The notes under the pieces: model-generated
The model's input: only the letters and a program-made list of their open reading frames with translations
Databases searched by the model: none
What the model was told of the DNA's origin: nothing
Part shown: in pieces, positions 26,880-40,500 of the stretch
Layout of the letters: every line of letters starts with the position of its first letter
Numbering within the stretch: position 1 is the first letter of the stretch
Made by a program: the position numbers and the translations under genes
DNA from: Eledone cirrhosa
Lineage: Eukaryota
Length of the DNA stretch: 64,000 nucleotides
Direction of reading: 5' to 3'
Assembly: GCA_964016885.1 (NCBI GenBank)
Contig: OZ024746.1
Location: 32,178,001-32,242,000 of the forward strand

Positions 26880-27120
26880 AACTTCAATCATAACAACGCC
26901 CTGACACATTTGTCATAACTGATCCATGATTTCTTGGCAAAGAAAGGTATTTTACTCATTTTCCAGGCTCCCTACTTTCCAGACATTGTTCTTTCTGACT
27001 TCTGGTTGTTCCCAGAAATAAAGATATCACTGAAAGGTTGCTGTTTCGAGAGCTAAGAGGATATCAAGTGGTCTGTGACAGCAGAGCTAAGAGCCATTTC
27101 AGAAGAAGCCTTCCAGAACA
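26880..27120 (+). pseudogene. Mariner transposase C-terminal remnant inside a 493-nt host intron
   Basis: HNNALTH...QAPYFPDIVLSDFWLFPEIKISLKG (decayed YSPDLAP.D motif). Confidence 0.75.
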
Positions 27121-27188
27121 CAATGTGCTACACAGTCCAGGAATCAAAATGGCAGCTTTATTATCAAGAAATGTATTTAACGGCCTAC

Positions 27189-27340
27189 CTTGAGATTTCT
27201 TCTTTTGCTGTGCCCTTGATGTAGTATATTTTCTCTGGAATGACAACAGCCAGTGAGTACTGGTGTCCTGTATAACTTTCAGCATCATAGACATCAACAC
27301 ATTTGTTCATATCAATCTCCCCCTGGGGCACTGTGTCTGG
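27189..27340 (-). CDS. MPRIP: Host gene exon: PH domain middle (PDTVPQGEIDMNKCVDVYDAESYTGHQYSLAVVIPEKIYYIKGTAKEEIS)
   Basis: Acceptor ctttacag, donor gtaggc; 152 nt, phase 0-2; in frame with the previous exon; resembles recalled MPRIP PTTLPQGTINMNQCTDV. Confidence 0.85.
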
Positions 27341-28819
27341 CTGTAAAGACAGAGATAAACAATACTTATTAATTAGGTAACCAGCAGGAAGAGGAGCTTT
27401 AATAACTGCATTAATATGTAAATATCTGCATAAATCATAAAGATTAGATCGAATGTGTGCGTGTGCGTGTGCGTGTGCGTGTGCGTGTGTGTGTGTGTGT
27501 GTGCGCGCGCGCGCGCTGTTTTGCTGATGCTTTTGTCACTGAACCTGCAAACAAATCTGATTTGGGTGGTCGTATTGATGCCATCTGAGAGGGAGAGAGA
27601 ATGTGTGTGTGGGGGAGGGGGGTATACAAGCGAGAGTTAGGGTGAGAGGTAAAAAGAAAGAACGAGGGGGAAAACGTGAGAGAAAGATGTGGTGGTCTTG
27701 ATGCCAGAGAAGGAGGCAAAAGAGGGAGAGAATGTGAGGGGGTAGACAACAGAGAGAGAGACTAGTTTTAATAATTTTTGTCCATTAAATGAGTTGTAGT
27801 GCACCTGAGCAGTGTACACAATTTCATTTTATTATATAGAGATAAGAGGTTTACATCTATCTATATCTATTGTGACTAAAATCTATATATATATATACTA
27901 CAGTCATCATCATCACCGTTTTACGTCAATGTACTTTTGAAACAAAACAAAACACCTAACATACCAGTAATTTACCAACGTTAAAATGACATCCAAATAA
28001 AACGTAGTCAACTCCTGTCATATAAGAAAACTCCAAATACCCGAGGTACAATTGTTATGTAATACTGTTACATTCCCTCAGCTTCACACGGAACCCTTAA
28101 ACAATTTCCCTAACATTACAGAACTCCTACCTGTATTTTACAATTCCCAACACACCAATTTTAAGAAATTATTAAATGAAATAATTATTCATATAAAAAT
28201 AATTATTAATTACTTTTCATTAAATTTTATTAAAAGAACTTCGGAAACCCTTTTGTTTAAGCCCAGTATTTATCGAAATCCACATTGGGGGGGGGAGACA
28301 GATGTAGTGTATTATAGGTGTTAGAATGAGAGCTATGGGGGTAGATAGATGTGGTGCATTGTGGCCACAGGCATGGCTAAGCAGATGAGAAGGTCTCATC
28401 AAAACCAATCTTCTTCAGACAATCATATATAAGTTTATTGGAGTAAACACCACATTAATTACAGGTAGCTATTTACCACAGTTAACTCTACAGTAATTAC
28501 TGATAGTTATTTGCTACAGTTAGGTTAACAAAAACAGAACAATTTGCCAACAGTAGTTATAAGTTGAATATCTCCCCTATGTGGTCAATATTAGTTTAAA
28601 ACTTACATTAAAACTACATAAAATAAACACTTGTAGATGACATGAGGTCTTCATACAGGTACTACATGTGACCTAGCAGACACTAACATTACTACATGTG
28701 ATCTATTAGGTACTAACATAACTAGACATTACTACATGTGACCTAGCAGGCAACTTCACAATCTAGGAATGACACCCATTAGGACATTGGATAGAATGTC
28801 TTATGGTGGTCTACCTGCC

Positions 28820-31330
28820 TGCCTACCACGATTCGGTCTTTGAAGGACCAAGATAGACGCGCGATACGTGAGCCGAAGCAGATGTGCGCGGCCTTTCAGC
28901 GGCACTTTGCTCAGCTGTTCAAGCAGGGCGGCACGCCAGAAGGGGCTATGGATTTTGGCCCATACCTCGACGAAGTTCTGCGAAAAGCCGATTTCAGCCG
29001 CTGAGATAGGGGACGCGCTGAGCCAATGCAGCAAACGCAAATCTCCAGGTCTCGATGGTCTACACTACGAATTTTACGTAGCAATGCCGGACTTGTTCTC
29101 CAGTCTCCTGGAAGCGGTCTACTGCAACTGGCAGCTGAGCGGGAGAATTTCCAGTTCTGTGACCAGGGGCGTAGTCACACTAGTCAGGAAGGACGAGAAT
29201 AAGGGGGATGATATAGGCAACTTCCGGCCCATAACTCTGTTAAACACAGAGTTACAGATTTTGGCCAAGGTGTTGGCAAAGAGGCTGGCGCTTGTCGAAA
29301 ACCTGGTGGGAGAAGCGCAGACATGCGCAATCCCAACCAGGTCCATACACGACAACCTCCACCTCATGCGATACATCATAGAGAGGGTAAGGTGTAAACC
29401 CGGCTTCGGTGGAGCCCTGATCAACTTGGATCAGTCTAAGGCTTTCGATAGGGTTGACCATCGTTACCTGGTTGCAGTGCTCGAGGCGGCAGGCTTCGGA
29501 CCCGTGTTCAGGGGCTGGATTGCTGCAATGCACAACAGCAACATCTGCTCAAGGGTCAAGGTGAATGGCTACCTCTCAGAGTTATTCCATATCACGCGAT
29601 CCATTCGACAGGGATGCCCTCTCTCCTCCCTTCTGTTCATACTGATTCTCGAGCCACTACTGCGGAAGCTGGAGCTATTGCAGGGCATCGCTCTGGAACC
29701 GGGACTGCGGAAAGCGGCGTCGGCCTACGCCAACGACGTGACAGTAATGGTGTTGAGCACCTCGCAAATCGGGGAGATCAGTACCTTACTGGAGGAATAC
29801 GAAAGGTTCACAGGAGCGAAGATGAACCGGGACAAGCCCATCAGTTTGCAACTCGGATCGTGGAGAGGCAAACCGATGCCTTCTGATGGCGTCGTCGGAC
29901 GCTGGACGGAAGGAGCGGTGAAGCTGCTCGGGGTCTGGTTTGGTCCGGACCTCCAGGTGGAGAAGAACTGGAACGAGGTGACGGCCAAGGTGTTTGCACT
30001 CACCCAGAAGTGGGCCAAGTGCAAACTATCCTTGAAAGGTCGAGCGGAGGTGGCGAACACTTTTATAGCGTCCGTTATTTACTACTGCTTGACCGTCGTG
30101 CCTTGTCCAGCCAAAACGCTCACCAAAATGGAGCGCGCGCTCTTACAATTCCTTTGGAAGAAGCGGGCTCCTTTGGTGAGAAGATCCATCTGCTGCCAAC
30201 ACCCTTCAAACGGAGGGCTGGGGATGATGTGGCTGACGATGCGCAAACACGCGCTCAGGCTGCGGCACCTCCACGTATTCCTCACCGGACAACCGGTGTG
30301 GACCCCGTTCGTAAGGCGAGCATTCCCACGACTCATCTCGCTGACCGAGCTGCAGTCCTGGATCAAAGAAAGACCGAGGAAAATGGGCGACTGGCACATC
30401 GAATGTGCTCAGGCGCTCACAGCCCTCTGGCAGGCGGACCCGGCAATCAGGGTTGGTCCGCAGCAAGTGCGACGACGCACTCGGAGAAACTCTGGGCGTA
30501 GAGGAAGACGAACTGGCCAGTCTGTTCGGTAGAACCTTCAGCCCAGGACCGACGGACCACTTCCAAAAGTCCCTGGCCTGGCAGTGCTACTGAGGAGCGC
30601 TACCAGTTCTAGACAAGGTCTACAGACACGGGCGCCCGGACAGAGACCCTTCGAAAAAGATCTGTCCGAGATGCGTGCGCGACGAGGAAACCGTCGCACA
30701 CGCATTTGTACACTGCCCGGGCGTTACTGACCTGTGGGGCTATGTAGAACAACTATTGTCGTGGGTGGGACCAATCCAGTTGACCACCGAGTCCATTGTC
30801 ATAATCAAACCGCCACCCTCCTTCAAAAACGAAGGAGAGGCGGTTTTCCTTTGTGTGATAGCTATGGCGAAAGAGGTTGTATGGTGGACGAGGTTAAAAG
30901 GGCTGAGGTCAGACACCTTTCTCTCCGGCCAACAACTGATTCTATTTTTCAAATACCACTTTGGAAGAAGAGTGAGAATGGAGAGAGAGGTGCTCTACCC
31001 CAGCAAGTTTTATGAAAGGTGGGTGAAAGTGGCGAGAATGGCCCGAGTGAATGGGCCTTCTCTCTATATCAGCCTGTAGGTTGAGGAAAAAGAGGAGAGG
31101 AAAGGAGTACAAACTCTTCGTACTCCTGGAGATGAGGGTTGCACATTTTTTTCAGGCGTATGTGTTACCCATATGAAATGTCTCCCCCTATTGGGGAAAA
31201 AAAATCGATTAACTTTTAAATTACATTTGGGATAATATTTTACACGTTTTTATTGTATGTAAACTTCCCCCTTTGTATTTGTCCCCTTCTTTTGTGCCCC
31301 TGTGGCTAATAAAGAAACATATCTATCTAG
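28820..31330 (+). mobile_element. 5'-truncated, decayed Tx1/L1-clade LINE (RT plus C-terminal CCHC zinc finger)
   Basis: KSPGLDG, NFRPITLLN, DQSKAFD, RQGCPLS, YAND(YADD), KLLGV; C-terminal CPRC..EETVAHAFVHC; frameshift near 30460, stop near 30591; AATAAA near the 3' end; GC-rich against background. Confidence 0.88.
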
Positions 31331-32260
31331 TCACCTTACCTACCCACTGACCTACCTGTGCTGAAACCCCAAGAGGGTCAAACTCAACCATGTTAGAACT
31401 ACCCAAGACATGTACTCTTGGGGCTCGAATAATCGATTTTCCACCCCCACTCATTCCAACCATCTCTAGTATTTGGGACCCAAGAGTATGTCACAACGGC
31501 TCTCCTACCACAATTAGGAGTTGAGGGCCAAGGAAGGAAGGCACCCATCCCTCCCATAAGTCTATCATCCAAATTTCCTAAAGTTCCATACAAGCTGTAC
31601 ACATTGGTTATGAATCATTCCCATAAGACAGCTATCTCTCCACAGTTTTCCATAGAACAGATGATGCCATACACAGCTGCACCTCTCACCATGTGTCATG
31701 AAATTTAATTTACAGCTCACACATATGTAGCTGTATATTTAGCTGGCCTTCCTATCAAGTTGTATTTCAGATGAGGTTCCTCCAGTGTTTTTATAACAGA
31801 GGTACCAGTCCTATTGTGTATATGTGTGTATTGCTAAAGCTCACACCTATACAGAAGTTACCTAGCTGGCCTCCTACAAAGCTGTATCGTATTTATCATT
31901 TTGTTCAAAATAAATAAACATGATAGTAAGTGGGATATGGGAATTAGTGCAAAATGTAAGGGGGACAAATTTTCCATTTCAAATTTTCCGTAATTTCATT
32001 TTGATTAATTCCTTTTTTTCTGTCTTCACTTTTGATAAATTCTGTTTGTTTGTTTTTTCTATTTTATTGTATTTCATGGGTAAATTAAAATAAATTGTAC
32101 TATATTGTTCCAACAAGGACAAATTACCAAGTTTTAGGAAAATATTAGTCATGAAAGTTGTTCTGCCACAGGCCATAGAAAAGTAGTTTGTAGGTCTTGT
32201 GTTCGAGACCCTCTGCCCTAACCACTAGGCCATGTACATTGACTTCCCTGGCCATATATA

Positions 32261-32360
32261 CAGGGTGTCCCCCAAAAATGTATACAGACTTCAACAGCAT
32301 TCTAATAAATATTGCCTGCACGGGTAATCAAAGTGTGTATACATTTTTGGGGACACCATG
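32261..32360. mobile_element. ~100-bp Tc1/mariner-type MITE
   Basis: ~30-bp TIRs cagggtgtcccccaaaaatgtatac / gtatacatttttggggacaccatg with TA flanks. Confidence 0.8.
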
Positions 32361-32672
32361 TATGTATGTGTGTATGTGTGTATGTGTGTGCATGCGTGCG
32401 TGCATGTGGGCGTGCGTGCGTGTTCAGTTGAAAGCCAACTACAAGGTTTCTTGTTTGCCATCAGTCTGGCAGTTTATTTAATTAGAAGTTATGTATGTAT
32501 TCATCCAGCTTCATAGCTAAGTAAGTGCCAAAGGGAGAGGAGCAGTAGTCATTTGTTACAGCAGATGATATGACATCATGCAAAGGTTTTGTTTTTTAAA
32601 ATACCATTCTATGCATGGTGCCATGGTAAACTGCACATAACCCCCCCCCCCCCTCCCTCCCCACACACATGT

Positions 32673-33017
32673 ATCATCATCATCATCATCATTTCATTTT
32701 ACGTCTGCTTTTCCCTACTTGCAAGGGTGGGACGGGAACTGATTCTGGCTTGATTTCTACAGCTGGATGCCCTTCCTAACACCAACCTCATTTACAGTGA
32801 GTGCTGGGTGCTTTTTTGCCGTGGCACCTCCACGACCATTTGCAGTGGAATGATAGGGACCCCAGTCCTATTATCTCATTTCTACAGCTGAGTAAACTGG
32901 AGCAATGTGAAATAAAGTGTCTTGCTCAAGGATACAACACATCACCCGGTCTGAGAATTGAACTCGCAACCTTTCGATTGCAAGCCCAATGCTCTAACCA
33001 CTAAGCCATGTGCCTCC
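32673..33017 (-). mobile_element. tRNA-derived CORE-like SINE with RTE-derived tail
   Basis: Reverse-complement copy of the same family. Confidence 0.85.
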
Positions 33018-33044
33018 ATATATACAAACATATATATATACACA

Positions 33045-33075
<31 letters not shown>

Positions 33076-33436
33076 AACATATATATATATACACACACAA
33101 ACATATATATATATACACACAAACATATATATATATATACCCACAAACATATATATATATATATACCCACAAACATATATATATATCCACACAAACATAT
33201 ATATATATACACACAAACATATATATATATACACACAAACATATATATATATACACACAAACATATATATATATACACACAAACATATATATATATATAC
33301 ACACAAACATATATATATATACACACAAACATATATATATATATATACACACAAACATATATATATATATACACACACACAAACATATATATATATATAC
33401 ACACACAAACATATATATATATATACACACACAAAC

Positions 33437-33467
<31 letters not shown>

Positions 33468-33470
33468 AAC

Positions 33471-33503
<33 letters not shown>

Positions 33504-33600
33504 AAATATATATTTATGTATGTGTATATATATGTATATATAGACACACACACATTCACACACAGATACACATTCACACACACATACATAAATAGATAGA
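33018..33600. repeat. Compound (TA)n microsatellite with cacaaac punctuation
   Basis: Direct reading. Confidence 0.95.
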
Positions 33601-35049
33601 CAGCCATGTGGGTTGTTTTTTAGTGTGCTACCTACAATGTTCTTATCAGTTATGATGTATTATAGCAGTATATGAAGGAGGACATGATTTCACTTTAGTT
33701 TAAACATGAAACATTCTGTAGTCTAGATGTTGTTGTTTGTGTAATAAAATATATGTTTCACTCCATAACAAGTAGAAAGAGAGAGAGAGAGAAAGAGAGC
33801 AAACTTTATTGAAGGATATTACACATTGAATTATTGACTAAACAGTGTGACATTTATAATCCTTCAACTAAAACCTTGTTGGTTGTTAAACTGATTTACT
33901 ATACCCCTCTACACCAACGAAAACCTTGGTAGTTAAACTGATTTTCAATAACCTTTCAACTAAAGCTGCATTGGTAGTTAAACTTACTTACAACATATTT
34001 AACCTTTTGTTGCGATATTTATAATGAAAGAAACTACTAATGTGTTTCAATTAATTTTAGAAGTAATTTTTTTTTAATTTGAGGAATTTAGTTAAAAAAC
34101 ATTTTCATTATTAAGCTGATTGAAATATTACTTTACAAAGGTTCTTGCATAAAATTATGTCAGAACGTTTTAGTTTAAGATGGGAAGTTTTAGATCAAAA
34201 CAGGATCAGTATTATAAGAGTTAATTGAACTTTGTTGGTTAATAACAAAGAACAGTGAACAAACATAAATGTACTAAATTAACAACTGCCTACAAAAGAA
34301 ATAATATATAAAAATGTGAGAGAGAATAAAGAATACACAGACATTCCCACTGAGAGTATAAACATTTTCTTTGGTAAACCAACAACCCAATTTCCATAAA
34401 TTACTTTGTACAAATTCCCTGATACTTTGCTGCCAGGTAAAAATAGTTCTGATGACAATATTTGATAAAGTAAAGAGAAAAAAAAATGACTGTCTCCTAT
34501 TTTGTTAAGTTATTTTTCTCATCTTGTCTCTAAGGTATAGGTTTACCTGCTTTTACATGGCACTTACCCAACTATTTTTAATGTTTTGCACAGGGTTTGA
34601 AGAATGTTAGCACCTCACCTGGGTGTGTTTTAAAAATAAGATTATATGAAGGAAGGGAAACTATGTAGTTTTATGAAGAGAAACCAATTAGTAAGTTTGT
34701 AAGGTATTAGAGAGGTGATTTATGTTTCTGTAGACACAGATTAAAATGACATCAACGATAAAGTATTCAACATTGATAAAATGTATCATATTATTGTTAT
34801 ACTGTTTAATCAGGGAGTACTGGTGACCCTTTTCACTGACAGGAAGGGAAAAAGAACAGAATCCTTAAACTGGACACCTGGCCCTAATGTTTACAACAGA
34901 ATGGACTCTGTTAAAGACATACCCAAGGGCACGCCTGTGGTGTTAAAGCAGGTGACATACTAAACAGGCAACAGTGAGATTTGAACGTAGGCCATAAAGA
35001 GTTACCACATGGTATCTTGCCTAATTCTTTAACAATATCTTACTGGCCC

Positions 35050-35632
35050 TAAAAAAAGGCAAAGTTGACCTCAGTGGGATTCGAACTCAAAATGCAGAGT
35101 ACTGGAACAAATACAAAGGACCTCATCCAACACTAATAATTTTGCCAATCTACCATCATGAGCTGGTACTTTATTCCATTGATCCCAAATGGATGAAAGG
35201 CAAAAATTGACCTCAGTGGTTTGAACACAAAAATTAGTTGTACCAGAACAACTACCACAAGGCATGAAGTCTGGTGTTCTAACAACTCTACTAATTCACT
35301 ACATACAGTCTAACTATTTAACAATCTCATTATAATGGTGAGTCATTGACACAATGTTTAAGGTATCCAAGAACATTAAGAATTCATATTTACCTCTGGT
35401 AATCTCCAACACATTATTATTAACAAAGAAAGAGCATTGGACAACATGCTTTGCAGCATATAGTTATGGCCCTTTACATTCTGAGTTCAAATCCCACCAT
35501 GGTTAGCTTTGCCTTTCATCCTTATGGAGGGGGGGGGTCACTAAAATAAAGTACCAGTAACACACTGAGCTTGATTTAAACAACTTCTCGCCCTCTCCAA
35601 AATTGTTGGCCATGTGCCTAAATCAGAAGCAA
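35050..35632. mobile_element. Degenerate second-family SINE copies in both orientations
   Basis: ggatgaaaggcaaa/tttgcctttcatcc and B-box remnants. Confidence 0.6.
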
Positions 35633-36159
35633 AGAAAAGAGTGGACCAAAGAAACAATGTTTCCATTGGTCTTTCCCTACTGATACTATCTGTTGGTTAC
35701 AACTCCTGACAGAACAAAGAGAGCTAGATCAGATACCCAAGAGCATCCCATCCAACTCTTTAACAATTCCACCAAGCCACCACCCAAGGACTAGGACTTT
35801 ATTTATCAACCCCCAAAAGGTCAATAAAATAAAGTACTAGTAAAGTACTAAGCCCAAAACCCACCAAAATCAACTTTACTTTTCATCTTTTCAAGTTGAT
35901 AAAAAATATATTAGTCCAGTCCAGTACTGGGGTCTGTTCTTCCTCTATATCTCATTCTCACTTCACACTATCAGTCACTGTCTAACACTCTCTCCCTCAA
36001 AGAAATTGGCTATGTTCAGTTTTGGAGAAGGGATGAGCTCTGCCAGGTTTCAATTGTTCAAGACATGCTGTATATCACTACAGCACCCCTACATCAGGAG
36101 TTATAGGTTCACACACACACACAAAAGTGCTGGTCTTGTGCCAAAATGAAAAATCATTA

Positions 36160-36975
36160 TTTTGGCAGTATCGGTAGAGGGTCGGACGCCATGCTTTCCA
36201 GCATAGTTGCGTCCCTTTACGATCTGAGTTCAAATCCCGCCGAGGTTGACTTTGCCTTTCATCCTTACGGGGTCGATAAAATAAAGTACCAGTAATGCAC
36301 TGGGCAATTGCTGGCCTTGTGCCTAAAGTAGAAACAATTATTAGATATGTAAGGATGGTGGGTGGATTGACAGTATCAGTTGAACGTCAGACATGTTCTG
36401 TGGCATATAGTTACATCCCTTTATGTTCTGAGTTTAAATCCCACTGAGGTTAGCCTTGCCTTTCACCCTTATGTGGTGGTTAAAAATGAAGTACCAATAA
36501 TACACTTGGGTCGATTGGATTTACCCCACCACCACCACTTCAAAGTTTTGGCCTTGTGCCCAAATCAGAAACCATTATTATCAGGGCAGTATCAGTAGAG
36601 GGTCAGATGCCATGCTTTGACGCATAGAGTTACGGCCCTTTCCATTCTGTGTTCAAACCCCGCTGAGGTTAACTTTGCCTTTCATCCTTACAGGGTCGAT
36701 AAAATAAAGTACCAGTAATGTACTGGTAATTGCTGGCCCTGTTCCAAAAATAGAAACAATTATTATCTGGGCAGTATTGGTAGAGCATTGGGCAATATGG
36801 CATGAGGTAATGCCCCTTCATGATCTGAGTTCAAATCCTGCCAAGGCTAGCTTTGCCTTTCATCCTTTCAGGGCTGATAACATAAAGCACCAGTAACACA
36901 CTGGGGTAGATTTAATCGACTTTCCCCTCCCCCAAAATTGCTGGCCGAGTGCACAAATCAGAAACCATTATTATC
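36160..36975 (+). mobile_element. Four head-to-tail copies of a second tRNA-derived SINE (Meta/MESC-like central domain)
   Basis: Each has an A-box-like ggcagtatcggtaga, a B-box-like gttcaaatc, central gcctttcatcc..ggggtcgataaaataaagtaccag and a gaaac(a/c)attatta end. Confidence 0.8.
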
Positions 36976-37552
36976 AGATATGCAACTTATACACATAACT
37001 AACATTCAGCTCATACTTTGAGCAAAATAGAACATTACAGAAAAAATTTAATTTCATTAGTTAGCTATTTCTTATTCAACGATAAATAACAACAATGAAG
37101 AAACATGTTGAAAATCTACTTTAAAGAGAAATCAGAAAATATATTTGACAAGCAGAAAGATTCCTGACAGGTATAAAGCAACATAGTTTGTATACATTGA
37201 CTCAATGGGAGCAGTTATGAAACGTTCTATTTACAACAGCAGATTTCACATTTAACCAAAGATGTTTTCATATTCACACCTATCTACAACTTCATTGAGC
37301 CATTATCAGAAAAAAATCTTGTGAAAGAATGTGTAGGACAATGACAAATATATTTACAAAAATTCCCAAACAAAAACTTATATGTGTGACAGTTAAAGAT
37401 AAGAAAATGAAAGCTTGGTCTATAAATGTGAACCCTATATCAATATTATTGTAGTTGAACTGGTTCATATATAATAGTGTTAATGGAACAGGAAGTAAAC
37501 TGTATTGATATACAGTTTAGGTTAACTAAACAGATATCAGGTTGTTACAGAC

Positions 37553-40500
37553 CAACCACAGTTTTAGTGTCACTACCCAACAATGACCAGATGACAACAG
37601 TGGCCACAGTTTTAGTGTCACTACCCAATAATGACCAGATGACAACACAGTGGCCACAGTTTTAGTGTCACTACACAACAATAACCAGATGACAACAGTG
37701 GCCAAAGTTTTAGTGTCACTACCCAACAATGACCAGACAACACAGTGGTCACAGTTTTAGTGTCACTACCCAATAATGACCAGACAACACAGTGGCCACA
37801 GTTTTAATGTCACTACCCAATAATGACCAGACAACACAGTGGCCACAGTTTTAGTGTCACTACCCAATAATGACCAGACAACACAGTGGCCACAGTTTTA
37901 GTGTCACTACCCAATAATGACCAGACAACACAGTGGCCACAGTTTTAATGTCACTACCCAACAATGACCAAACAACATAGTGGTCACAGTTTTAGTGTCA
38001 CTACCCAATAATGACCAGACAACACAGTGGCCAGTTTTAATGTTACTACCCAACAATGACCAAACTACACAGTGGCCACAGTTTTAGTGTCACTACCCAA
38101 CAATGACCAAACTACACAGTGGCCACAGTTTTAGTGTCACTACCCAACAATAACCAAACAACACAGTGGCCACAGTTTTAGTGTCACTACCCAACAATGA
38201 CCAAACAACATAGTGGTCACAGTTTTAGTGTCACTACCCAATAATGACCAGACAACACAGTGGCCACAATTTTAATGTCACTACCCAACAATGACCAAAC
38301 AACACAGTGGCCACAGTTTTAATGTCACTACCCAACAATGACCAGACTACACAGTGGCCACAGTTTTAATGTCACTACCCAACAATGACCAAACAACACA
38401 GTGGCCACAGTTTTAATGTCACTACCCAACAATGACCAAACTACACAGTGGCCACAGTTTTAATGTCACTACCCAACAATGACCAAACAACACAGTGGCC
38501 ACAGTTTTAATGTCACTACCCAACAATGACCAAACAACACAGTGGCCACAGTTTTAATGTCACTACCCAACAATGACCAAACAACACGGTGGCCACAGTT
38601 TTAATGTCACTACCCAACAATGACCAAACTACACAGTGGCCACAGTTTTAATGTCACTACCCAACAATGACCAAACTACACAGTGGCCACAGTTTTAATG
38701 TCACTACCCAACAATGACCAAACAACACAGTGGCCACAGTTTTAATGTCACTACCCAACAATGACCAAACAACACAGTGGCCACAGTTTTAATGTCACTA
38801 CCCAACAATGACCAAACAACACAGTGGCCACAGTTTTAATGTCACTACCCAACAATGACCAAACAACACAGTGGCCACAGTTTTAATGTCACTACCCAAC
38901 AATGACCAAACTACACAGTGGCCACAGTTTTAATGTCACTACCCAACAATGACCAAACAACACAGTGGCCACAGTTTTAATGTCACTACCCAACAATGAC
39001 CAAACTACACAGTGGCCACAGTTTTAATGTCACTACCCAACAATGACCAAACTACACAGTGGCCACAGTTTTAATGTCACTACCCAACAATGACCAAACT
39101 ACACAGTGGCCACAGTTTTAATGTCACTACCCAACAATGACCAAACTACACAGTGGCCACAGTTTTAATGTCACTACCCAACAATGACCAAACTACACAG
39201 TGGCCACAGTTTTAATGTCACTACCCAACAATGACCAAACTACACAGTGGCCACAGTTTTAATGTCACTACCCAACAATGACCAAACTACACAGTGGCCA
39301 CAGTTTTAATGTCACTACCCAACAATGACCAAACTACACAGTGGCCACAGTTTTAATGTCACTACCCAACAATGACCAAACTACACAGTGGCCACAGTTT
39401 TAATGTCACTACCCAACAATGACCAAACTACACAGTGGCCACAGTTTTAATGTCACTACCCAACAATGACCAAACTACACAGTGGCCACAGTTTTAATGT
39501 CACTACCCAATAATGACCAAACTACACAGTGGCCACAGTTTTAATGTCACTACCCAACAATGACCAAACTACACAGTGGCCACAGTTTTAATGTCACTAC
39601 CCAACAATGACCAAACTACACAGTGGCCACAGTTTTAATGTCACTACCCAACAATGACCAAACTACACAGTGGCCACAGTTTTAATGTCACTACCCAACA
39701 ATGACCAAACTACACAGTGGCCACAGTTTTAATGTCACTACCCAATAATGACCAAACTACACAGTGGCCACAGTTTTAATGTCACTACCCAACAATGACC
39801 AAACAACACAGTGGCCACAGTTTTAATGTCACTACCCAACAATGACCAAACTACACAGTGGCCACAGTTTTAATGTCACTACCCAACAATGACCAGACTA
39901 CACAGTGGCCACAGTTTTAATGTCACTACCCAACAATGACCAGACTACACAGTGGCCACAGTTTTAATGTCACTACCCAACAATGACCAGACTACACAGT
40001 GGCCACAGTTTTAATGTCACTACCCAACAATGACCAGACAACACAGTGGCCACAGTTTTAATGTCACTACCCAACAATGACCAAACTACACAGTGGCCAC
40101 AGTTTTAATGTCACTACCCAATAATGACCAGACAACACAGTGGCCACAGTTTTAGTGTCACTACCCAACAATGACCAAACTACACAGTGGCCACAGTTTT
40201 AATGTCACTACCCAACAATGACCAAACTACACAGTGGCCACAGTTTTAATGTCACTACCCAACAATGACCAGACAATACAGTGGCCACAGTTTTAATGTC
40301 ACTACCCAACAATGACCAAACTACACAGTGGCCACAGTTTTAATGTCACTACCCAACAATGACCAGACTACACAGTGGCCACAGTTTTAATGTCACTACC
40401 CAACAATGACCAAACAACACAGTGGCCACAGTTTTAATGTCACTACCCAACAATGACCAGACAACACAGTGGCCACAGTTTTAATGTCACTACCCAACAA

